Positions 40,901 to 49,698 of a DNA stretch of 64,000 nucleotides are shown piece after piece. Location of the stretch: contig CANNHN010000005.1 in assembly GCA_947504725.1 (NCBI GenBank), positions 37,704 to 101,703 of the forward strand, read 5' to 3'. The first letter of the stretch is position 1; each line of letters starts with the position of its first letter. Under the pieces are notes generated by a model. It did no database searches, was not told the DNA's origin, and was given only the letters and a program-made list of their open reading frames with translations. The position numbers were made by a program, and so were the translations under genes. Source of the stretch: Bacteroidota bacterium (GTDB lineage Bacteria > Bacteroidota > Bacteroidia > 2-12-FULL-35-15).

Positions 40901-41219
40901 TGGGGTAAAATTCGACAAAGTAGAAGCAGATAAAAACCCAATAGGTGGTTCTCAATTGGATGCGGATCGTAAGTTTACCGCTCATAGCATTAAAATTAAC
41001 AAAGGTGACACATTCTATATGGCATCGGATGGTTATGCCGACCAATTTGGTGGTGAAAAAGGTAAAAAATTCATGGTTAAACGATTCAATGAATTGATGT
41101 TAGAAATGCAGTCACAGAGCATGGAAGAGCAATGTATAACGTTGGATGAAAAGTTTGAAAACTGGCGAGGCTCTTACCAGCAAATTGATGATATTTTGGT
41201 AATCGGAATAAGATTTTAA
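37917..41219 (+). CDS. Periplasmic beta-propeller (Reg_prop) + Y_Y_Y + TM + PP2C phosphatase
   Basis: About 14 'ED..G.LWIGT..GG' repeats, YTELSGGDYILRVRG, one TM, PP2C motifs as in 36348-37751. Confidence 0.93.
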   Translation: MNKFYSKYLYSLFVITLFFGVVNSVHSQEFKFTHITSEQGLSMGVVNCVLQDSRGFMWFGTQDGLNKYDGYNITVYKNNQIDSNSLSNNFINTLYETKNGELIIGTNGGGFDVYNLSSGKFTHHIGLQSNKNSLSNNNVKSILEDKEGLLWIGTDDGLNSYNQKTKRFTRYLNDNKNANSISNNNAWCLLEATDGKLWIGTYGGGLNSFDKRTGKFEHFNQFNNSGSLLYENINLIRTIYEDKEGMFWIGTFGEGVQIFDPHSGKFIKNIRNSESDPNSLSNDRVLSINEDMNGILWIATYGDGINLYNKKTGRFRSILHDEKILTGLSSNQIKCIYHDKVGSVWIGTEGGGVNAHFRASSKFKFFTNHSGSAEGLKSNIVYALLEDRDGLLWIGTGRGGLSTLDRETNTYQHYPQLSKGANESILSLCEDSDGIIWVGTWGNGLYSYNKKTKEIISYPEFKEVNAGTIVSVFEDANGNIWVGTYGAGVFFYNKASTNFTKYDSSNGLSINNIYNIYQDSKKNIWIATDGGGVVKYNSESNVFKTYNRDEMLNSISSNSVNCSYEDKEGNMWFGTTNGLNKLDVKTGKFEAYFEKDGLPNDFIYSLLPDSKGNLWMSTNKGVSKYNPKIKNENGAAFRNYDVNDGLQGLEFNQGAYHQCEDGEIFLGGVNGFNVFYPDKIQDNPNVPQIHIISYKRFGKEVLLDTLIYDKQYLELTYKQNFFSFDFVALDYQMPGKNKYSYMLVGVDEDWSPPSTQRYASYTELSGGDYILRVRGANNDGTWNNEGVTLHIRINPPFWKTKWFYTLCVVLVIGGFWGFLKYRTSSIKRENKILEEKVEERTQELAQKNKDITSSIQYAKRIQLAILPPLEQIFKHFPESFVLYKPKDIVSGDFYWFGVKDGKKIIAAVDCTGHGVPGAFMSMIGHNLLNQIISENGITQPDEILNALHRGVQAALKQGTNVVDTSDGMDVAICCIDTANNELKYAGAYRPLFIVNGVKFDKVEADKNPIGGSQLDADRKFTAHSIKINKGDTFYMASDGYADQFGGEKGKKFMVKRFNELMLEMQSQSMEEQCITLDEKFENWRGSYQQIDDILVIGIRF

Positions 41220-41318
41220 ACTATATCGCTCCATTTTCGACATATTTTTGAGAAATTGCAAAAAATACCTATATTTGATGTTAGGATAAAACATTGAGAA
41301 ACTAAAAAAACCAATAAC

Positions 41319-42143
41319 ATGAAACGTATTCTATATTCATCACTTTTATTTGTTTCTGCAGTTACTGCATTAACTCTTAGTTCTTGTAAAAAAGAAGATC
41401 CAGATACGGAAACGCAATCAGCTATTGATAATAGTGTTTGCGAAGGAGAATTTACTGGAAGATTGGGAATAATCAATAGTATAGCTATCAAAGAACAAGG
41501 AGTAAAATCAATGAGAGCAATAGGTCAACCGATTATTTCATTTGTTGCCGCTGATACTCTAGATGGTTTTCCAATCACAATGTATCTTGATTATGGAACA
41601 GGAACAACAGATCCTGTTGATGGAAAAACACGAAAAGGACAAGTAACGGCAAAATTTAGTAATTCTTGGGATGCTTTAGGAACAAATGTAACGGTTAAGT
41701 TAATCAACTATTACGTTAAAACGGCTACTGGTGCTAATTTCGTTCAATATGCATGCGATAGTATAATGATTGGTCACCCTACTGCAGCAACGTTCACTAA
41801 TGATATTATTGGTGGAAAATGTGTTGCTGCTACTTGGAACCTAGAATGGTCTTGTAATAGAACTTTAACGCAAACAGCTGGTTTGGGTGATACGCTTTTA
41901 ACGAACGATGTTTATCAGTTTACAGGTAATGCAGTAGGAAAGACTCGCGAGGGTAAAGGATATACTGTAAACGTGGTTTCTCCAGTTACTAAGAGCATGT
42001 CTTGTACTTGGATTCAATCTGGTAGAATTGATTTAACGCCAGAAGGAAAAGCTACTCGTACCGTAGATTACGGAACTGGTCTTTGTGATGATCAGGCAAC
42101 GCTTACTATCAATGGTAATTCTTTTGCTTTTACCATGAATTGA
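41319..42143 (+). CDS. Uncharacterised lipoprotein, probably surface exposed
   Basis: Lipobox LSSC followed by KKED (acidic export-signal-like); DYGTG..D motifs; own -7 box TATATTTG at 41270-41277. Confidence 0.8.
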   Translation: MKRILYSSLLFVSAVTALTLSSCKKEDPDTETQSAIDNSVCEGEFTGRLGIINSIAIKEQGVKSMRAIGQPIISFVAADTLDGFPITMYLDYGTGTTDPVDGKTRKGQVTAKFSNSWDALGTNVTVKLINYYVKTATGANFVQYACDSIMIGHPTAATFTNDIIGGKCVAATWNLEWSCNRTLTQTAGLGDTLLTNDVYQFTGNAVGKTREGKGYTVNVVSPVTKSMSCTWIQSGRIDLTPEGKATRTVDYGTGLCDDQATLTINGNSFAFTMN

Positions 42144-42230
42144 TGAATCCATGAAAATCCTTATTTATTAAGGTTTTTCGAAAGATTGCAAGGATAAATT
42201 AATAAGGAGTAAATAATTAGTGTTTGCTGT

Positions 42231-42259
42231 TTGATTAATAAAACTTATTTATATATTTG
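42231..42259 (+). promoter_or_regulatory. siaBC promoter: TTG-N18-TATATTTG
   Basis: TTG 42231-42233 and exact -7 box 42252-42259. Confidence 0.65.
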
Positions 42260-42310
42260 CTTTAATTAACTAAACAGAATTGTCAGCTTTATCGATTTAA
42301 CTTAGTGTTT

Positions 42311-42856
42311 ATGATGTTAGATATTTACGATTTTTATGATAAAATGGAGCGTAATAATATTATGCTCTCTTTTAAAGGTGATATCACTTCTGAATTACTT
42401 ACCTCCATATTGCAAATAATGGAATCCAAATTGGATAATTTGCAAGAAGAACCTAAAATTAAAAAGAAAGTTTACAACGTATTGGTTGAGTGTCTTCAAA
42501 ACCTGTATCATCATATGGATGAAGTTGCTCCTGAAGAAAATGATGCTATTCGATCTGCAATCTTCATGATTGGCAAGTTGGATAATCAATACAACATTGT
42601 AACAGGAAATTATATTAAAAAAGAAAACGTAGAAGGATTAAAGAAACGTTTAGAGGATATAAATTTATTATCGAAAGAAGAATTAAAGGAATATTACAAA
42701 GCTGTTTTAAATAATGGTGAAATGTCAATGAAAGGTGGAGGTGGATTAGGAATGATTGATATCGCGCGTAAAACAGGAGAGAAATTGAATTTTAACTTTT
42801 CTCCAGTAGACGATAAATTTTCATTTTTCAGTTTAAATATTAAAATATCACAATAA
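42311..42856 (+). CDS. siaB: SiaB family protein kinase (DUF6272)
   Basis: FKGDIT.ELL, LVECLQNLYHH, TGNYI, ELKEYYK, GGGLGMIDIARKTG. Confidence 0.88.
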   Translation: MMLDIYDFYDKMERNNIMLSFKGDITSELLTSILQIMESKLDNLQEEPKIKKKVYNVLVECLQNLYHHMDEVAPEENDAIRSAIFMIGKLDNQYNIVTGNYIKKENVEGLKKRLEDINLLSKEELKEYYKAVLNNGEMSMKGGGGLGMIDIARKTGEKLNFNFSPVDDKFSFFSLNIKISQ

Positions 42857-42866
42857 AAATAAGATT

Positions 42867-43247
42867 ATGGAAACAATTTCAATTGAAGGAACACCAAAAA
42901 CACCAACAATCATTTTTGATACTGGAAAAGGCTTTTTGGAAATTAAGGGACGCTCTATACCTGAAAACTCTATTGAGTTTTACAAGCCATTAGTGGATTG
43001 GTTAGAAAAATATGCTGCGAAACCTCAGGCTGCTACAAACGTAAATGTTCAATTAGAATATTTTAATACAAGTTCATCTAAATGTATTTTAGATGTATTT
43101 AAGAAATTGGAAGCTATTAACAAAGGTGGAAGTACAGTTGTTATTAACTGGTACTATGAAGAAGATGATGAGGATATGTTAGAAGCGGGTGAAGATTATC
43201 AAGCAATCATCAATGTGCCTTTTAAAATGGTTCAAGTAGCTGAATAA
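42867..43247 (+). CDS. siaC: SiaC family phosphoprotein (DUF1987)
   Basis: T.KTP.I.FD, GRSIPEN, LEYFNTSSSK (Thr68), WYYEEDDEDM.E.GED. Confidence 0.92.
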   Translation: METISIEGTPKTPTIIFDTGKGFLEIKGRSIPENSIEFYKPLVDWLEKYAAKPQAATNVNVQLEYFNTSSSKCILDVFKKLEAINKGGSTVVINWYYEEDDEDMLEAGEDYQAIINVPFKMVQVAE

Positions 43248-43268
43248 TTTTTCTTTAAATTAATATTT

Positions 43269-43312
43269 AAAGCGAGATGAAGTGCATTGCATTTTGTCTC
43301 GCTTTGTCTTTT
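43269..43312 (+). terminator. Terminator after siaC
   Basis: AAAGCGAGA...TCTCGCTTT stem plus GTCTTTTT. Confidence 0.65.
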
Positions 43313-43315
43313 TAT

Positions 43316-43362
43316 TTCGACTCCGCACACTTTTATAATAGAGTCCAGTGTCTGGAGTTGAA
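43316..43362. repeat. Degenerate REP-like hairpin (TTCGACTCC...GGAGTTGAA)
   Basis: Imperfect long inverted repeat between the convergent siaC and anti-sigma genes. Confidence 0.45.
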
Positions 43363-43421
43363 GTATTTACGTATAGATTTTTTTGAATTGTAGTTTTAGC
43401 TATTTGTAGGAAAGCATAAGG

Positions 43422-44195
43422 TTATACATTCCCCATCAAATACATTGCACTCATTGTTGGAGACGAGCTACCACCTTTCTTTTCCAATGTTACTGCAAAA
43501 GCCTGCGCCCCTACAATTGTTTTCATTTTTTGAAGAGAAGCTGAATCGCTCTTCATGTCAAATACTCCAGCATCAACAGCTTTGCCGTCAACTATAGCCC
43601 AAAGTTGATATTGTTTATCGTCTGACGGCATTGGTAAAGAATTTACATTAATGTATACGTCCTTTGTATTTTGATTCCAATATAAAGCTGCCAGTGAGGT
43701 AGGTGACATTTCCATTCCCTTTAGCATAATTTTTTTGTTTTCAGGGTGCATTAAAACAGCCATTTCTTGTGCCATTTCTCCATATGATTTTGATTGTGAT
43801 TCAAAATCGGTAGCATATTGTTCATTTTTTAAAACTATTGAAGCAATTTGTTCTTCATTGTCTTTTATATTGTTAAGTAATATAACATTGTAAATAGAGC
43901 TCCCTATTAATAATGCAATAGATGCGGCTAAGAGCCATGATCTATTTTTGTTCGGCTGGAGAGTTAAAACTGTGTTTTTAGTGAAATCTATTTCACTTTG
44001 TATTTTTTGTTTTAATGCCGAAGGAGGATTTTTAGAAGCATGACTCATTAGTGTTCCTTCAATAAGTTCAATCTCCGCTAACACTTCAGCGTGTTTTCTT
44101 GACATTGCTTCAACTTCCGCTCGTTCTTTTTCAGAAAGGAGCCCAAGTACGTAGCTTTCAATAATACCTGATGATATGTAATCTTGAATATTCAA
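43422..44195 (-). CDS. Anti-sigma factor (RskA/anti-sigma-K type)
   Basis: YISSGIIESYVLG.LS..ER.EVE, TM, P.DKQYQLWAI..GK.VDAG, FAVTLEK.GGS..PT. Confidence 0.92.
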   Translation of the reverse strand: MNIQDYISSGIIESYVLGLLSEKERAEVEAMSRKHAEVLAEIELIEGTLMSHASKNPPSALKQKIQSEIDFTKNTVLTLQPNKNRSWLLAASIALLIGSSIYNVILLNNIKDNEEQIASIVLKNEQYATDFESQSKSYGEMAQEMAVLMHPENKKIMLKGMEMSPTSLAALYWNQNTKDVYINVNSLPMPSDDKQYQLWAIVDGKAVDAGVFDMKSDSASLQKMKTIVGAQAFAVTLEKKGGSSSPTMSAMYLMGNV

Positions 44196-44196
44196 T

Positions 44197-44739
44197 TTAG
44201 TTCATTTTTTTTCTTAATTCGATTATGGCAGCCCTAACTCTTGTTTTTACAGTGCCTAAAGGTATATTCAATTCTTTTGATGTTTCTTCTTGAGTGAATC
44301 CCTTAAAGTAAATAAAATCAATTAATTTTCGATATTCTTCTTTTAATTTATGGACCTCTTCTTTTATTCCAATTGTGTCTGAATTGAATGAGACAATATT
44401 CTGTTCGTTGACTTCATAAACGGAATTATCGATGTCATGGATTTTGTTTTCTAACTTGAATTGTTTCGATCGGGAATAGTCAATTGCCGAATTTCGTGCA
44501 ATATTGAGCATCCAAGTGAATAATCTACCTTTGCTCGTGTCGTACTTTTCGATGTTTTTCCAAATTTTAATAAAAACATCTTGTAAAAGATCTTGAGCAA
44601 TTTCTTCTGCAGGTATTATTCGACTTACGATACCGTATAAAGCAGAAGAATAATTGTCGTATAAAACATTGTATGCATTTGCATCCTTGTTTTTTAATAA
44701 GGAAACTAATTCTTCTTCTGTAAAGGGGTTCTTTTTCAA
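44197..44739 (-). CDS. ECF RNA polymerase sigma-70 factor (TTG start)
   Basis: LYDNYSSALYG, DLLQDVF..IW, FTWMLNIARN.AID, LNIPLGTVKTR. Confidence 0.93.
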   Translation of the reverse strand: MKKNPFTEEELVSLLKNKDANAYNVLYDNYSSALYGIVSRIIPAEEIAQDLLQDVFIKIWKNIEKYDTSKGRLFTWMLNIARNSAIDYSRSKQFKLENKIHDIDNSVYEVNEQNIVSFNSDTIGIKEEVHKLKEEYRKLIDFIYFKGFTQEETSKELNIPLGTVKTRVRAAIIELRKKMN

Positions 44740-44751
44740 TTATTTTCTTGC

Positions 44752-44781
44752 AAAAAAGCTTCTCTCTTTCGAAAGAAGCTT
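44752..44781 (-). terminator. Terminator after the TerB-ABC gene
   Basis: AAGCTTCT...AGAAGCTT stem with A6 on the plus strand. Confidence 0.6.
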
Positions 44782-44806
44782 CTGTTGAATTTTAAATATC
44801 TATTAT

Positions 44807-47800
44807 TTATCGTCCTTTTTTTCTGCTTAATTTACTAAACAAAATTTCTAAACCTGTGATTAATTTTTTAAGCATGTCGAAATAAAGTGTTATTGCTAAT
44901 ACTAGCGACATTCCCCAGATTACAAGAATATTTACATTATATGTATCGTAATATTTGCCAAAGAATTTTTTACGTGGCGCAAAAAAGTGCGCTCTTCCCA
45001 TATCAGAATCTACTGGATCTAAATAAATAGGGTCAATTTTTTGAACATAAGCTCCATCTAAATCCAAAATACGATAAGGCGTATTTCTATTTGTTACCAA
45101 GTCTTGTAAACTTTCATTTTCATATTCGTTTTTGTCTTTAATATATTGTAAACGAGAAACGCTATCCTTATTCATTAAGCTAACTTCTTTTTCTCTTAAA
45201 GTAGTAGCTCGTTTGAAATTGTTCAAATACACATTTCTGAGTGTGTTGTTTGTGAAGTCTCGCACCTGATTTGCAACAGTGGGGCTAAATGAGACAATAT
45301 TCAAGTTGTCAAATCCACCACATTTTAATTTCTCGTTTCCTGGTACATTTATTTCTTTGCGTATTTCATTTTGAATCATCTTTAAAGCATCTTCTACTTC
45401 TTTTCTGCTTTCTGCTTTTTTGTAATTCGATTCACAAAAATCAATTTTTTTAGCAATCTCAGTTAACCAATAATCTTTTTTGTAAGTAGCAACGTGAATT
45501 GCTTTGTCGAATTTGTATGTTTTTTTGGTGAATTTGTTGTCTTTAAATTGCTTTACTGCCAATGCTTCAAATGCCCATCTAGAAGCCATCATATCGCCAA
45601 CCAACGGCACAACACTTTGTGAGGTAATGATTGGGTTTAATTTATCGAATTTCACCATTACACCACTAAACAATAATTGTGGAATAATTAAAATAGGAAT
45701 TAATATATATATTGTAACTGCTGAATTGAAACTTGAAGAAATGTTTAATCCTAACATATTAGCAAAACAGAATGTGCTAAATAATAAAATCCAATATTGG
45801 AAAGTCATTCCTTGAATTTCTAAAACGTAATTTCCAACTAATACAAACAAAATGGCTTGTATTGATGATAAAGAAAACATGATAATTATTTTTGACCACA
45901 AGTAGCTTCCCTTACTTAAGTTTAAAAAAGATTCGCGTTTTTGAATTTTTCTGTCTCTAATAATCTCTTCTGCACTCACTGTTAGTCCAATAAATAAAGA
46001 AACTACCACAGACATAAACATATAGATAATAATGTTTTCGTTTTCACGGAATGTGTACCCTACTTTATTTGATAAATCTAGATTTACAAATTTAATGAAG
46101 TATGCAAGGATGAAAGCAAGTAAAGGTGCTTCTAAAAAATTGATAGAAATGTACTGTGTGTTTGTCATTTTCGACAAGACATCACGTGTGATAAATACTT
46201 TGAATTGTTTGAATTTATTTGGAATTCTAAATGTGCTTTCTGGAATTTCAGTAATGTTTTCAACTTCCTCAATCGATTTCTCAATCTTCTCTCTGTAATG
46301 AACGTTCCATTCTGATGGAGAAACTTTTCTGTTACGAGTTATGTTACCGTACTCGTCCAATACTTTTGATTCAATAATATTGAATACTTGTTCGGGATTT
46401 ACGTTACCACATTCTATACATTCACTTTCGTTACTGTTTACATGATTAACAACAGTTTTAAAATAGATAACAGAATCTACAGGATTGCCATAATAAATTG
46501 GATATCCACCAACATCGAGAATCATCAACTTGTCGAACATTTTAAAAATGTCTGACGATGGCTGATGGATAACTACAAAAACCAACTTGCCTTTTAAAGC
46601 AAGTTCTTTAAGTAAGTCCATAATGTTTTCTGAGTCACGAGATGACAAACCAGAAGTTGGCTCATCAACAAATAAAACAGATGGTTCACGTATTAACTCT
46701 AAAGCAATATTCAGTCGCTTACGTTGTCCCCCTGAAATTGTTTTTTCTAATGGGCTACCTACTTTTAAATCTCTTGTTTCAATTAATCCAATGCTTGTTA
46801 AAACATCAGTTACCATTTGAGTAACAACTGCGTCTGTTTTATTTCCGAAACAAAGTTTAGCATTGTAAAATAAATTTTGGAAAACGCTCAACTCCTCAAT
46901 TAATAAATCGTCCTGTGATACGTGACCAATTACTCCTTCAACTTTTGACTTTTCGGAATGTATGTTGATTCCATTGATTTTTACCGAACCACCACTCGGA
47001 ATTTCCATTCCGTTCAAAACGTTTAGTAGGGTAGATTTTCCGGCCCCTGAGCCTCCCATTATTCCTATAAGTTTTCCGGAATCTTCACTGAAATTGATAT
47101 CGCGTAAACCTAATTTCCCACCTTTAAATTTAAATTCTAAGTTTTTTACAGCAAATGATACTTTTGCTTTTGAAGTATCACTCATAAAAGAACTTAAAAT
47201 ATCACTATAATAAACAGGTTTTACTTTTGAACTTCTAAGAGATGATCCAGGAGTTAAGATGAAAACTTTTCCTTGAGTTAGTAATTGTCCATTTAGTAAA
47301 ATATCGCTTTTGCCATAATATAATAAGGCATACATATTCACACTTTGAATCCACAAAATGCGTGCTTGTCCAGTTACACCTTCAGCGTAAATATGTTTTG
47401 TTTCTTTTAAGTTGTGTGATGTTTTGTTGTCGATGATAAGAATTTGTGGTGATTCTGGAATATTCTCTATACCAGCTCTCACAAATTGCATAGAACGTTT
47501 AAACTCTTCATCATCAATGTTAAATGTTTCCGCAACCGTAGTTACGAATTCCATTTCTTGTTCAGCGATTTCAGTGTTGGAATTAATAAATTCAATTAAA
47601 CGAAGTAATACAACAACTTTTTGAACTTGCGTAAGCTCTCCATTTATTTGGGTACAAATCTTTAAAATTTTAACAGAATTAAGGGAAGTGCGTTTTGCTG
47701 TTCCATCTTTCTTTTTTGTAACTTGGTGGTGAGCTTCAAGAAATTCATCAAAAATTGCCAAGTATTGTTCAACAAGCTCTTGATTTAATTGTTGTTTTAA

Positions 47801-47899
47801 AAATGATTGTACAATTAAACGTCCATTGTCATCAATGCCATCAACTCTTGCAATAATTGCAAACATTTGCATGAGGGCCTTTAATATTCTTTCACTCAT
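44807..47899 (-). CDS. TerB-like domain + ABC ATPase + ABC-2/ABCG permease fusion with a large extracytoplasmic domain
   Basis: N-terminal helical TerB-like region; GGSGAGKS, ISGGQRKRL, FVDEPTSGL, VIHQPS (White/ABCG-like); TM block with EEIIRDR.I..RE, PQLLFSG, SRWAFEAL. Confidence 0.88.
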   Translation of the reverse strand: MSERILKALMQMFAIIARVDGIDDNGRLIVQSFLKQQLNQELVEQYLAIFDEFLEAHHQVTKKKDGTAKRTSLNSVKILKICTQINGELTQVQKVVVLLRLIEFINSNTEIAEQEMEFVTTVAETFNIDDEEFKRSMQFVRAGIENIPESPQILIIDNKTSHNLKETKHIYAEGVTGQARILWIQSVNMYALLYYGKSDILLNGQLLTQGKVFILTPGSSLRSSKVKPVYYSDILSSFMSDTSKAKVSFAVKNLEFKFKGGKLGLRDINFSEDSGKLIGIMGGSGAGKSTLLNVLNGMEIPSGGSVKINGINIHSEKSKVEGVIGHVSQDDLLIEELSVFQNLFYNAKLCFGNKTDAVVTQMVTDVLTSIGLIETRDLKVGSPLEKTISGGQRKRLNIALELIREPSVLFVDEPTSGLSSRDSENIMDLLKELALKGKLVFVVIHQPSSDIFKMFDKLMILDVGGYPIYYGNPVDSVIYFKTVVNHVNSNESECIECGNVNPEQVFNIIESKVLDEYGNITRNRKVSPSEWNVHYREKIEKSIEEVENITEIPESTFRIPNKFKQFKVFITRDVLSKMTNTQYISINFLEAPLLAFILAYFIKFVNLDLSNKVGYTFRENENIIIYMFMSVVVSLFIGLTVSAEEIIRDRKIQKRESFLNLSKGSYLWSKIIIMFSLSSIQAILFVLVGNYVLEIQGMTFQYWILLFSTFCFANMLGLNISSSFNSAVTIYILIPILIIPQLLFSGVMVKFDKLNPIITSQSVVPLVGDMMASRWAFEALAVKQFKDNKFTKKTYKFDKAIHVATYKKDYWLTEIAKKIDFCESNYKKAESRKEVEDALKMIQNEIRKEINVPGNEKLKCGGFDNLNIVSFSPTVANQVRDFTNNTLRNVYLNNFKRATTLREKEVSLMNKDSVSRLQYIKDKNEYENESLQDLVTNRNTPYRILDLDGAYVQKIDPIYLDPVDSDMGRAHFFAPRKKFFGKYYDTYNVNILVIWGMSLVLAITLYFDMLKKLITGLEILFSKLSRKKGR

Positions 47900-47925
47900 T
47901 TTGCTTTGTGATTAAGTAGTTTTAG

Positions 47926-47963
47926 AAAAAAAAGGCATTAATACCGCAGTAATTAATGCCTTT
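47926..47963 (-). terminator. Stem-loop with U-tract between the 144-aa gene and the ABC gene
   Basis: AAAGGCATTAAT...ATTAATGCCTTT 12-bp stem next to an A-tract. Confidence 0.7.
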
Positions 47964-47982
47964 CAAATAAACAGTTTGAAAA

Positions 47983-48417
47983 TTATTTTTGTTGTCTGAA
48001 GCCAATTAATAAAACGGCTCTTCCAGAGCCTTGAGCTCCACCACTTAATTTTGCTTCAACAACACAATCAAGTGTGTTAGATATGTTGAAATCCCAATAT
48101 GGAGCATTCTTAAATTCGCTATTTGTAAATAATAAATTTCTTTCTGTGTCATAAACTGAGAAAATTAAATTTCCATCTGACAAACCGCTACAAGCAGCAA
48201 TACGATATAATGTTCCACCGTAAAGTGTTGTATGGAATTCTGCAGTTTCATCTGTGTTCATTAATAAAGCTCTGTATTGTTGACCATCAGAAATAAACTT
48301 ACTTTCTAAGTGTCTTGCACATTGATTAGCAATTGTATCCGCAATTTGAGCTGATGCGCTGTTTATAGTAATGAATCCACTAACAACTAATACTATTTTT
48401 AAAATTCCTTTTTTCAT
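47983..48417 (-). CDS. Secreted hypothetical protein (144 aa)
   Basis: Signal peptide ending ASAQ; C...L...FISDGQ.YRA, YRIAAC, WDF motifs. Confidence 0.8.
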   Translation of the reverse strand: MKKGILKIVLVVSGFITINSASAQIADTIANQCARHLESKFISDGQQYRALLMNTDETAEFHTTLYGGTLYRIAACSGLSDGNLIFSVYDTERNLLFTNSEFKNAPYWDFNISNTLDCVVEAKLSGGAQGSGRAVLLIGFRQQK

Positions 48418-48469
48418 TTCTGTTATAAATTTTTATTTAACGATTGAGTAGTGTATAACTGAACCGAAA

Positions 48470-49366
48470 TTATCCTACAATTTGACTTCTAATAGATTTT
48501 ACCTTTTGAGTAATTGACTCAATTTGCTCAGGAGTGATGTTTACTTCTGATTTACTTGTGATGGTTGTTGTTTTCTTTTCAGCATCAGTAGTAGGTTTTA
48601 CATATGTATATTTAAATTCTACACCATCAAAAACGGATGATAAGTCATTTAAATTATCAATAAACTCTGTGTATTCAGGTTGACTGTAGAATTGAGTCAA
48701 TAATTTGATTAAACTTTGTAAAGAAGTTTTTTGCTCAGCGATTCTGCGCTTTACATCTTCGTTCGGCTTAGTTTTATAAACATTTGTTGCAAAGTGTAAA
48801 CTTTCTAACCATCCACCTGCAAGCACTAATCCACTTACATCGCTACGGTCGTTGTTTTTTAAATAAGCATCACTTGAGCGATAAGCAACTCCAACCAATA
48901 CCAACATTGAATCTTTATTTCCTAAATTTTTAGCAAAACGTTCAATTGTATTCGCATCAAATGCGCCTGAAACACCTAATTCATCAGCTAGTTTTTTAGC
49001 GGAATTTAAATATCCAATCGCATCCTGGTTTTGATCATAAATTGTAACATAACCTAAATCTGCGCCATAAATACCCAAGTTCAACGCTTTTGAAAAGTTG
49101 GTTGAATAATCAGAGGCTTTATTTGATGGATTCAGAATCTCTTTGCTGTATGCGGCACCGCTTCCTTTAATCAAGAATGCTGTTTGAATTGGTGAAGGGA
49201 TACTGAAAATTTCTCCATTAACATTCAAAATTGTTGTTTGCGTGCTGTCAACTGGAGGTAAAGCGTCTGGATCTTTTGCGCCATCGCTTCCACAGCCAAC
49301 TGCAAATAGTGCAGAAACCGATAGTAATAAAAAGGTTCCTCTAAATGTGATAAATTTCAATCTCAT
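48470..49366 (-). CDS. Uncharacterised helical lipoprotein (paralog of 27978-28853)
   Basis: Lipobox AVGC; IPSP, SKALNLGIYGADLGY, GGWLESL, EQK.SL; -7 box TATTTTTG at 49407-49414. Confidence 0.82.
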   Translation of the reverse strand: MRLKFITFRGTFLLLSVSALFAVGCGSDGAKDPDALPPVDSTQTTILNVNGEIFSIPSPIQTAFLIKGSGAAYSKEILNPSNKASDYSTNFSKALNLGIYGADLGYVTIYDQNQDAIGYLNSAKKLADELGVSGAFDANTIERFAKNLGNKDSMLVLVGVAYRSSDAYLKNNDRSDVSGLVLAGGWLESLHFATNVYKTKPNEDVKRRIAEQKTSLQSLIKLLTQFYSQPEYTEFIDNLNDLSSVFDGVEFKYTYVKPTTDAEKKTTTITSKSEVNITPEQIESITQKVKSIRSQIVG

Positions 49367-49611
49367 TTCAATTATGGGTTTTATTGAGTGTTTTATAATT
49401 AATGGTCAAAAATAATACTTTATCTATTAAATCAAACAATTCATCAGCATATTTTTAATATTTTACAAACCAAACACGTCTCTCGCATTTGCAGAGTGCT
49501 CTTATTCATTGAGTTACTTAAATTTCGCAAAATCAAATGCTTTTAAACTGCCTGATTATGAGGTTGTTTTGAGTTTTTTTTTAAAATTGTAAATTTAATA
49601 TGTGTAAATAA

Positions 49612-49684
49612 AAAAGCATCCTGAAATTTCAGAATGCTTTTCTCTCTCTAAAACACACCTGGTTAGACTTCTTAACCAGGTGTG
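49612..49684 (-). terminator. Tandem hairpins downstream of the T9SS cargo gene
   Basis: CACACCTGGTTA-N7-TAACCAGGTGTG (49654-49684) and AAAAGCAT...ATGCTTTT with an A-tract. Confidence 0.65.
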
Positions 49685-49698
49685 AGTAACAAAACAAA

